Assembly: GCA_965233865.1 (NCBI GenBank)
Contig: OZ247587.1
Coordinates: 1,216,001 to 1,280,000, forward strand
From: Candidatus Neptunichlamydia sp.
GTDB taxonomy: Bacteria > Chlamydiota > Chlamydiia > Chlamydiales > Simkaniaceae
Length of the DNA: 64,000 bases
Reading direction: 5' to 3'
The first letter of the stretch is position 1. Each line of letters begins with the position of its first letter. Both the position numbers and the translations under genes were made by a program. Under the pieces are notes generated by a model that worked only from the letters and a program-made list of their open reading frames with translations, made no database searches and was not told the DNA's origin. Positions 1 through 8,318 of the stretch are shown here, one piece after another.

Positions 1-380
1 TGTGATGCATTAGGTAATCCACTTGATTTTATTTTAACAGGTGGTCAAGCAGCTGATTGTCATCAAGCTAATCCTTTGCTCAAGGGTAGGGATTACAAAG
101 GATTATTGGCTGACAAAGGCTACGACAGCAATGCAATCATTGATCATGTAAAGAGCATCGGAGCTGTTGCCATCATTCCCTCAAAGAAAAATCGCATTGA
201 TCATCGAGAGCATGATAAAGACATATATAAAGAACGACACAAAATCGAATGTTTATTTGGCTTCCTCAAACATTATAGACGATTGTTTTCTCGGTTCGAG
301 AAGTTAGCATCAAGGTTCAAGGCATTCCTTCATTTTATCGCGGCTCTCCAATGGTTAAAGTAAATTTCTCAACACAACCT
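1..380 (+). mobile_element. IS5-family element, 3' part (transposase C-terminus 1-363 and right end)
   Basis: Frame 1 is open from base 1: CDALGNPLDFILTGGQAADC...LADKGYDS...YKERHKIECLFGFLKHYRRLFSRFEK, typical IS5 DDE motifs. It ends at ...CAACACAACC followed by TAG. Confidence 0.9.
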
Positions 381-398
381 AGTAAAATCTGAATAGCC

Positions 399-527
399 AA
401 AAAAAAGGGCCCCACAAGAGCAGCAGAGCCCGGTATAACTAACGAAGGAGTAGCTCAAGAAAGCAATCTCAAGGAGTAAGAAGATAAGATGAGCGAAGAT
501 GTTGCTTTCTTAAGCTGCGTTAGTTAT
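399..527 (-). ncRNA. Candidate structured small RNA: long hairpin plus intrinsic terminator
   Basis: Arms 435-444/518-527, 452-455/513-516 and 457-466/502-511 pair around a 27-nt loop. Minus-strand terminator GGGCUCUGC-loop-GUGGGGCCC-U8 uses G-U pairs that work only on the minus strand. Confidence 0.55.
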
Positions 528-603
528 GTAAGTGTAGTTGTGTTTTTGGTTGATGTTTCCCTCCATCTTCCAGTTTACCAGTTAACCTTTCCTGAAAATT
601 GCT

Positions 604-1730
604 TTACAGGTCCATTATAGAGTGATAAAGGTTGGTTTTCTTCTCCCCAAACAACCGGCGGAGCTGTAATTGATCTCTCATAGTGGTCTTTATCGGGCCA
701 GTTTTTGTTGCCGCCATTTTTGTAAACTCCCCAAAATCCTTTCTTCTATGTAGCGCATGGGTTAACTCATGAAACAAACCAGAAAAAGTATGGGGATTAT
801 TCTGCATTGTAATGTCTCCACTCCTACTCATACGGGGCTCATACACAGAACTGTCTCTGGGATATTGAGTACTCAATTCACGATTAGCTCTGTTATACGC
901 CCATCTAGATCCTGGAACAACAGGTATTCGATCAAGCCCGTTAGATACTTGAGTTAATTCATGAGCTCTTTGAACTTTCCCATGGTGTTAAATGGTAAAG
1001 AATCCCATTCGTCTTCAATAGCCTCTCTTGCGGAAGATTCCTCGGCATCTAGATCCTGCCTCTCTTTTCTTAATCGCTCTTGATTGTTATCATCTGCAAA
1101 TTCATAAAAACGGGTGGGTTGTTTTGAGTATAATCCGAAAGGAACAAACTCTTCTCTTTCATTAATTTCAGTTTCTCTTGGCCTCAAAGCAAAAGGAAAA
1201 AATTGCTCGCCTTCACCTAGATCAGTAGTCCTTGGTTCCAACTTAAACGGAAGAAATTTTTCACTTGAAAAACTCAATAGACTTTTTTGGTCGTATTCTT
1301 TATCAAACTTTTCAAATTCATTTGATCGATCTTTCTTAAGGAGAGCACGTTCAAATCTTTCATCAGACAGGATTTGATTCAAGCTTGTTTTTTCTTGTGA
1401 TGGTTTTCCTTCATGTAAGTCATAAGGAAATTCTGTGCTAATACTTGGTCTTTTTTTGTGTTCTGGAACCGCTTGTACTACATCAAAAGGGCTTCCCCAC
1501 TCACTTTCAATTTGGTCTCTTTCCTCCAATTCTAATAAAGTAAGAGGAATTGTGGTATGTGGCGCGGACCTTAATAGATCTCCAAGGCTTCGATCTGTTT
1601 CATTATTGACAATAGCTTCCCTTGCTGCTTTTTCTTCTTGAGACAGTAAATACTTTTCTCTTTCTCCAGGTCGCAGCCTTCTACTTAACTGATTTAAAGG
1701 CAGCATATTATGCTGGAATTGGTATGTCAC
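604..1730 (-). pseudogene. RING-partner protein with C-terminal HExxH (HELTH) motif, frameshifted
   Basis: ORFs 954-1754 and 604-876 are one continuous frame in the paralogue starting at 63003. This copy lacks 97 bp between two ATGAAT repeats. The GTG start at 1730 overlaps the RING gene end. Confidence 0.8.
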
Positions 1731-2190
1731 TTGCTTTTTCCTTTTTAAATACATCAGCTATTTTCTTAAATACGTTTACCATTCCCATGATAGAAGCGCA
1801 TGGAAATGTTCCATTTTTAGGAGAGAATTTCCACCTGCAAGTTGGGCATGTTAATCCATTGGATTTCCTAATGCCTTCAGACCCACCAGATATTTCCATT
1901 ATTTTTTCTAGTGTTGATTGATTGAATGTATGACAACATGCGGTAACTAATGGTTGATGTAAAGGCTCCATAGTAACAGGGTCTAGAGCATCAGGAGGAA
2001 GTTCCTCACAAAGAGGTCTTAGCTCTTCTACGATCTTATCATTCAACGTCTTTTGAGCTTTTACTTCCCGCATTTCCACTTCTTGAGACCTCAACTGCTC
2101 TCTCATTTCGAGTTCTTGAGTTTTGAGTTGCTCGCGGATGAATTTTTCAAAGTAAATGGTGTTATTCTGAATGCTTAATATGGCTGTCAT
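1708..2190 (-). CDS. RING/U-box-like protein (leader A, RING type alpha)
   Basis: IVEELRPLCEELPPDALDPVTMEP...CCHTF...CPTCR. Start moved to MTAILS, behind AGAGGA RBS and TGTTATAAT. Confidence 0.85.
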   Translation of the reverse strand: MTAILSIQNNTIYFEKFIREQLKTQELEMREQLRSQEVEMREVKAQKTLNDKIVEELRPLCEELPPDALDPVTMEPLHQPLVTACCHTFNQSTLEKIMEISGGSEGIRKSNGLTCPTCRWKFSPKNGTFPCASIMGMVNVFKKIADVFKKEKASDIPIPA

Positions 2191-2380
2191 CTTGTTTATC
2201 CTCTTACCTTTATTATAACATACTCTGCACGGAATCATTGAATGAAATCGTTCAAAATCAAAAATATTTTAGACCTTCGTTTCATAAAAATTCAACGCTT
2301 GCTGCTTACTGGATTTATATTTGCTGGTAAAGCTACAAAGGGCTAAAATGAGAATTAAACGAAAACAATGGATGATAATC
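2191..2380. promoter_or_regulatory. Class A bidirectional promoter (copies at 3387-3576, 48308-49776 IS-split, 61177-61366, 62355-62544)
   Basis: Minus strand: extended -10 TGTTATAAT at 2212-2220. Plus strand: TTGCTG-N17-TAAAAT at 2321-2349. Confidence 0.75.
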
Positions 2381-2695
2381 ATGGACTGGACGCAAGCACT
2401 TACTGTTATAGGAGTTTTCATTGGTGGGTTTATCTACATGATGAACAAAATGGACGCAAATAAGAAAGACACTGATACAAAAATGGAGTCTCATCAAAAA
2501 GAAAATAACACACGCTTTAATGGCATAGAAAACCGTCTAACTGCCATGGAAGTAGAGGTCAAAAACATCAATCAAAGAATCGATGACTTTAAGCATGAAA
2601 CAAACCAAAGACTCTCTACGATTGAAGGGTATCTAGTCCCAAAGAAGGTATTTCGCTTTGAGGAAACTAAAGACGAAGAACCCAAAGAGAACTAA
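2381..2695 (+). CDS. Small protein, N-terminal TM plus coiled coil (MDWTQ family, copy 1)
   Basis: WTQALTVIGVFIGGFIYMM hydrophobic helix then heptad-rich region; 5 near-identical copies in the window. Confidence 0.8.
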   Translation: MDWTQALTVIGVFIGGFIYMMNKMDANKKDTDTKMESHQKENNTRFNGIENRLTAMEVEVKNINQRIDDFKHETNQRLSTIEGYLVPKKVFRFEETKDEEPKEN

Positions 2696-2767
2696 GACAT
2701 CTATCATTCTAACTGATAATGAAATGCTACAAAAACTTCAGGAATCTTTAGAGCTAAGATTCGATGA

Positions 2768-2950
2768 TCAGTTTGCGTCATCTGGGTTTGTAAGAGCGCT
2801 TTGTAAGCTTGAACTTCTTGTTTTAGAAGAAAATGCTCCAGTAGGTATTTGGCTAAAGTCTTCAAAACGAGTTGGAGCAAGAAGGTGTTCTTGAGGTAAC
2901 GCATTTCCCTCAGATTCATAAAAAAATGGGTGTTGAGAGCTAGTTGACAT
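2768..2950 (-). pseudogene. Truncated RING-partner ORF ending TNPDDAN
   Basis: Start overlaps the RING stop. Homologous to 61824-61967; TNPDD also occurs in the papain-like partners. Confidence 0.5.
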
Positions 2951-3386
2951 GTTTATTGAAAGCCACGCTTATATTTTTTAATGTATTTGTGCAGTTATCT
3001 AAAGAAAAACAAGCATAGGTTTGTTTTAGTGGGGTTTTTGCCTTGCAGCTTGGGCATTCCATTGCATCTTGCTGACATAAGCCATTGGCTTTTGCTAAAC
3101 TAACGATGGTTGTGATATTTAATGTATGCCCACACCTAAAAACCATTCCTCTATCTAGTGGCTCCATAGTAACAGGATCCAAGGCGTCAGGAGGTAGTTC
3201 TTCGCAAAGAGGTCGCAATTCCTCAACTATCCTATCGTTCATTGTCTTTTGAGCTTTCATTTCGCGTATTTCAAGCTCTCGATCTTTTAATTCTGCTCGT
3301 GCTTCGAATTCTTGAGTTTTGAGTTGCTCTCGAATGAATCCTTCAAAGTAAATGGTGTTATTCTGAATGCTTAATATGGCTGTCAT
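2940..3386 (-). CDS. RING/U-box-like protein (leader A, type beta)
   Basis: Constant block, then CGHTLN...CPSC. Confidence 0.85.
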   Translation of the reverse strand: MTAILSIQNNTIYFEGFIREQLKTQEFEARAELKDRELEIREMKAQKTMNDRIVEELRPLCEELPPDALDPVTMEPLDRGMVFRCGHTLNITTIVSLAKANGLCQQDAMECPSCKAKTPLKQTYACFSLDNCTNTLKNISVAFNKHVN

Positions 3387-3576
3387 CTTGTTTATCCTCT
3401 TACCTTTATTATAACATACTCTGCACGGAATCATTGCATGAAATCGTTCAAAATCAAAAATATTTTAGACATTCGTTTCATAAAAATCTAATGCTTGCTG
3501 TTTATTGGATTTATATTTGCTGGTAAAGCTACAAAGGGATAAAATGAGAATTAAACGAAAACAATGGATGATAATC

Positions 3577-3879
3577 ATGGACTGGACGCAAGCACTTACT
3601 GTTATAGGAGTTTTCATTGGTGGGTTTATCTACATAATGAACAAATTGGACTCCCATCAAAAAGAAAACAATACCCGCTTTACTGCAATAGATAATCGCT
3701 TTAATGGCATAGAAAACCGTCTCACTGCCATGGAAGTTGAAGTTAAAAACATCAATCAAAGAATCGATGACTTTAAACATGAAACAAGCCAAAGGCTCTC
3801 TACGATTGAAGGGTATCTAGTCCCAAAGAAGGTATTTCACTTTGAGGAAAATAAAGACGAAGAACCCAAGGAAAACTGA
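3577..3879 (+). CDS. MDWTQ-family TM/coiled-coil protein (copy 2)
   Basis: Paralogue of 2381-2695 with a TAIDNRF heptad insertion. Confidence 0.8.
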   Translation: MDWTQALTVIGVFIGGFIYIMNKLDSHQKENNTRFTAIDNRFNGIENRLTAMEVEVKNINQRIDDFKHETSQRLSTIEGYLVPKKVFHFEENKDEEPKEN

Positions 3880-4007
3880 GCCTCTAGTATGCTAACTGAT
3901 AATGAAATGCTACAAAAACTTCAGGAATCTTTAGAGCTAAGATTCGATGATCAACGGGATTTATTCATAAGAGAGGACGATAGCAGCACTGGGCAGTTGT
4001 TACTTTT

Positions 4008-4493
4008 TTAGCAGAGCCTATCTGAAAAAAATTTCCCAGTTTCAATACTCCCTACTAAGGAAGTAGCATCACACAATTCCTTTATAGGATACTTTAACTG
4101 TTCATCTAATGGCAGCTTCCCCACTTTCCATGACTTTTTCCCATCCCAAAGCCACCATATCTTATCGAGGGGATCTCTCTTAGGCATACTGTTTGTTCCC
4201 TTGAATGTAGGAAATTCTTGAGCAAACACTGGAATTGAGAGGTTCTCTATAAACTTAACGGCCTCTTCTTTGATAGCACGCTGTAAAAAACAAAAAGTCT
4301 GAAACCTATGTGGTCTGTCTCCAGATTTTTGAATCTCTTCAAGCGACGGTCTTGTTTCGTAAAACCCATCAAAAACACGAATTAAACTGCCCCACTTTGG
4401 TGGTTTTGTATACTCATGAGTGTATTGAAAGTAAGCTAAGCCTTTTTGAGTTTGAATTTCATATACATCGCCGATCTTTTTTCGCCTAGTCAT
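4008..4493 (-). CDS. Imm26-like immunity protein (allele 1)
   Basis: KIGDVYEIQTQKGLAYFQY...LIRVFDGFY pattern; ATGA overlap with the upstream toxin stop at 4490-4492. Confidence 0.65.
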   Translation of the reverse strand: MTRRKKIGDVYEIQTQKGLAYFQYTHEYTKPPKWGSLIRVFDGFYETRPSLEEIQKSGDRPHRFQTFCFLQRAIKEEAVKFIENLSIPVFAQEFPTFKGTNSMPKRDPLDKIWWLWDGKKSWKVGKLPLDEQLKYPIKELCDATSLVGSIETGKFFSDRLC

Positions 4494-6639
4494 TCTAAAA
4501 TCTCCTCTATCCCATCATACTTGATTTCCTTTAATATTTCAGCTCCCCTAGATATAGAATCAGCATATTTTGGGTTTTTCTCTGATATACTGTTAATTTT
4601 ATTGGAAAGTGTGCCCCCATTTTTCTCTAGTTTGTGCATTTCAATCAAGGCTTGCTCGACTGCTCTTGCATCATATTTTGTTAGGTTTGTTGCTCTCGCT
4701 ATCTCTCTTACTCTATGGTGGTCCCAGACGTCAAGACCAAAATTTGCAAAAGTTAAGCTAGTTTTTCCTGATGTTAAATTCAGTTCTTATTCCTTCTTTA
4801 GACCTCAAGGCCTGTTCCATAATAGATCTCTGACGGCGTCTGATATCCCAAACTCTGGTGACGGCGCTGTCCATTATAAAACTCAAAATACACCTCTAGT
4901 CCCTTTTTTAGTTCTTTAAGGCTTTCATACCCTTTAGGATAAATATCCTCATACTTCACACTTCTCCAAAGACGCTCTATGAAAACATTATCAAGAGCTC
5001 TCCCTTTCCCGTCCATGCTGATTTTCACACCCTCTTTTTCTAATCTCTTAGTGCCGTGTACTTTTTTTTAAGCCATTCCAGCTCCATTTTTAGCCTTCCA
5101 ATTTGCTCAAATAACTCTCCTTTTTCCTGCTCCTCTTCTTTGGTAATCAAACGCTTATTGCTTTTCTCAAAAATTTGGGCTGCCGTGGCTTTAAAGTGTC
5201 TTTTCCACCCTCCAAGGACTAAAGGGTGAACTTCAAATTTCCCAGCAAGCTCTCCTGCCGTTTTCTCTCCTTTCAAAACTTCAAGCACCACCTTCAGCTT
5301 AAATTCAGCGGAATATTTTTTTCTTGTTTTTGCCATTTCTGTTCTCCTTTTGCTCGGAGAAAACTAGCTTAGCAAGTGGCTCGAATTTCTGGGACCATTA
5401 TACTCTGATTCCCTTTTTTAAAAGGTGTTCCAACTGCCTTCTAGATAGATTATTGGTAATCCCAACATACTTCACTTCTCCAGTGGTTTCATTGAAAGAT
5501 CTGTATACCGAGATATTCCCCTGCTCCCTAACTACAGGAGTCTGAACTTCAACTTGTGGCGTATTTGCTCTAGGGATTGGAGGATTCGTTGTAGTAGTCG
5601 TAGTCAGAGCACTTCCCGCAGCACCAGTAATAGCCATACCTTTTACAACACCAGAAGCTTTTGCAACTTTAACTATGGCCTTTGCACTCTTCGCGATCTT
5701 AGCAGGCTTACTTAATTGGCTACCAGGAACCGGCACAAAACAAAATACTACGTCCTTGCCAAGTTCTTTGAGTAATTCTCCCATAGTTTCAGGAGTTGAA
5801 GAAGATTTAAAGCTGCCATATTGTCCGGCGTAGTCAGTATTAAAAGACTGGTCTATCTTATCATGCAGACGATCGCTAAACGGAACCACGTCATTGCTAA
5901 AGAATTCATCGAAAGGCTCCCTTTTTGGAGGGTAATCATCGTATAAAAAGGAACTCATTTTTCCTAAAGATTCGACAAAGTTAGCTGTTCCATCAACGAA
6001 ATTATGAACAACATAAGAGCCAACCTTTCGCGCTTTTTCGGCTGCTTGTGACCAAAACGAAGCTTCGTCTTTCTTTGGAATATTTAAGTTATTTGCAGCT
6101 AGCACAGGTTCTTGACTGAGCTCTTCTTTAAGAGTGGTGTTTTGTCTTTCGATAGTTTCTTTTAGGAGAGCACTTTTCTCGGGTATCGGCTCTAATTGTG
6201 GAGTGATCTTTGGTATTAAAGCTTCTATTTCTTTCGGTCGATCATAGTCACAATGGCTTGGATAATAGGGATCGTTAAACGAATCAGCGTGAGGTTCTTC
6301 TTCATAAATCTCCCCAGCCTTATTTACAGGTGTTCGTGGTTTGGGATTGTTTTTTGGATTCGTTTCTCCATTGGCATCATAATCTACAGCAGCAGCTCCC
6401 GCAGCAATAACAGGCGCAGCAGCTCCACTTGTAGCGATGATAACCACAGTTGCAGCAACTACAACAACAGCTGAGATAATCACTACCTTTTTGTTTCTTT
6501 TGACGAATTTCTTAGTGCTTTTCCATGTGTTTGATACCCAACTGCAATTGATAATCTTTAGAGATTGATACCCATTTAATACCGCAGGAACAGCCTTAAC
6601 GCCGTAATCTTCATATCTTTTAGGGACGACCACCACCAT
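4490..6639 (-). pseudogene. Polymorphic toxin with C-terminal GIY-YIG-like nuclease, IS-interrupted
   Basis: VYRSF...YVGITNNLSRRQLEH. Removing IS 4714-5402 and one CTC restores the frame to ...ARAVEQALIEMHK...IEEILE*. Confidence 0.8.
4714..5402 (-). mobile_element. Internally deleted IS3-family element (689 bp)
   Basis: Ends TATAATGGTCCCAGA / TATGGTGGTCCCAGA; 3-bp TSD CTC; orfA joined to the orfB tail near 5050. Confidence 0.92.
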
Positions 6640-6861
6640 CCTCCGTTTCCCTCATTACATTCGCATTAAAAGCTAATTCTGAATTATTTGGTTCTCCTCT
6701 AAGCCATTTGATGTCTTCTTCGAGTTGAGCCTTAGCTTCAAGATCGTCGTCGCGAATGCCATTTCTAGCCAAGAAAATGACAAACTCCATGACTTGACTG
6801 GTCTGTGCTTCAGTTAGGTGCTTTTCTAAGGTGTTGCCATAAGCTACTTCATAAAGGAAAT

Positions 6862-7428
6862 CTATGATGTGCTGATAGGAAAGAGTTTCGTAATTGAGTA
6901 AGTCCCAAGGCGAAAAGTTTGTGTAATCGCCTTCAGAATGGCCTTGAGATACCTTCCAAAGTGAGCTTTTTGTAGATAATTTAAGAGCTTTCTTCTTGCA
7001 AAGACATATCTTACTAAGAGCGCTCTCATGCCTAAGAACTCCTTAGTTTCCTTATCAACGCCATGCATGTCTATTTCTAGTCTTTGAATTTTTTCGGTAT
7101 ATACGCCAATCCCTACATCACATGAAGAATTGTCCTGAGGAGATGTTTGCCACCGTTTGATGATGTCGCGCATGTCAACAATGTTAATACTATCAACCGT
7201 GCTTGATTTATTAGAAAGAGGCTTGCCTTTCTTGACTCTACTCGGAGGGACAAAATTTCGGATGGTTTTTTCGCAGTAGAAATTCTTGCCACTTACTTTC
7301 TTGCTTGGTTGAAAAACTCCTTTAGAAAGATAGCCTTTGAATGAATCTATAGAACAGCCAATGATCTGCGCTGCTTGCTTGGTGCTGATTAACTGACTTG
7401 TTTGTTGCGATTGTGTTTTCTCTGACAA
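6862..7428 (-). CDS. HTH (excisionase/MerR-like) - ribosomal protein S15-like fusion
   Basis: LISTKQAAQIIGCSIDSFKGYLSKG HTH, then DIIKRWQ..QDNSSCDVGIGVYTEKIQRL...ARRKLLNYLQKAHFGRY, which aligns by eye with uS15. TTG start at 7428 is inferred. Confidence 0.65.
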   Translation of the reverse strand: MSEKTQSQQTSQLISTKQAAQIIGCSIDSFKGYLSKGVFQPSKKVSGKNFYCEKTIRNFVPPSRVKKGKPLSNKSSTVDSINIVDMRDIIKRWQTSPQDNSSCDVGIGVYTEKIQRLEIDMHGVDKETKEFLGMRALLVRYVFARRKLLNYLQKAHFGRYLKAILKAITQTFRLGTYSITKLFPISTS

Positions 7429-7529
7429 GCTCTCACTTCTCTTTCTTAAAAAAGAAAGATATTTCCATAAATCACGGTTTAGGAACAAGCTTTTCGTAAG
7501 CTGTCTTTGCAGTAATTTGCTCGGCTGAA

Positions 7530-7956
7530 GATTTGTAAGAAGCATGGTTTAACGTACAAGACTGTGGCTTATGAGTTCGAATATCAAGAAGAAGCTGAAA
7601 TCTAGATGATCGACAACCAATGCGAGATAAAACGAAACATAACTGAATTCTGCAGAGGGAGATACGCTCTTTTGAAGAAAGAAAGGATTTTATCTCTTAA
7701 TAAGAAAAAAGCCGATGAGGGTAAGAAGAAAGGTGGAGAAAATGGTAGTATTTATTTTAATAAGTCTGCCCCAACATTGGGGCATACGTTTTCTAAAAAA
7801 GATTTGATAGAAGATCCTGCAGACAGAAACTACTCTGAAAACACGGATCGTTTACTCGCAAAAGATGCTGGTTTGTCTCATGGTACGATGCATACACCTA
7901 AGAAAAAACTTCCTCTTCCCCCTTTTTCAGCAATAAGGGTTTTTAAGGCAACCTGA
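7530..7956 (+). pseudogene. Phage/plasmid ParB-N-associated HTH protein remnant
   Basis: ICKKHGLTY...EFEYQEEAEI*MIDNQ..KRNITEF...TDRLLAKDAGLSHGT; in-frame TAG at 7603-7605. Confidence 0.5.
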
Positions 7957-8264
7957 TAGCATGAAAAACAAATTGAATATGGATCTTTACTGTTGCTAAG
8001 GTCCAAAAGGCTGTATTTTGACAATTTAGGCATTTCTTTTTCAGATGGTGTTTTTTCTTGAAAGGGCGCTTCAATAATCTCACCGAATGGCGTTGTTTTG
8101 AGGGAAAGACTAGCATAACGAAGAATTTTTGGAAGACTCACAAAAAACAAGGCTCAGATTTGCGCTGTGTTGCGCTGTTGGAGATTTAGAGTTGTGTTGG
8201 GATTGCGAGAAGATAAATCAGCTTAAAACGTGATTAAATGAGAATATGCGTGTTTAAGTATAAT

Positions 8265-8301
8265 TAGTTGGGATTTGGAAGGCTTTAATGTGAATTTAGT
8301 T
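8265..8301. repeat. 37-bp cassette-end motif (copies at 11564-11600 and, inverted, 58294-58330)
   Basis: TAGTTGGGATTTGGAAnGnTTTAATGTGAATTTAGTT lies just downstream of partner-gene stops. Confidence 0.85.
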
Positions 8302-8318
8302 AAAGTTTACGAAAAATA

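Noticed and set aside
4446..4919. ORFs containing WWSQTSRPKFAKV (4446-4919, 18433-18741, 49488-49817)
   Set aside because: Antisense read-through of the IS3 right end; only the first ~35 codons of 18433 may be a real truncated gene.
6862..7180. Calling this the housekeeping rpsO
   Set aside because: Too diverged, fused to an HTH, duplicated and in accessory DNA rather than beside pnp.
6862..8150. Intact prophage
   Set aside because: Only HTH and ParB-like remnants; no terminase, capsid, tail or integrase recognised.
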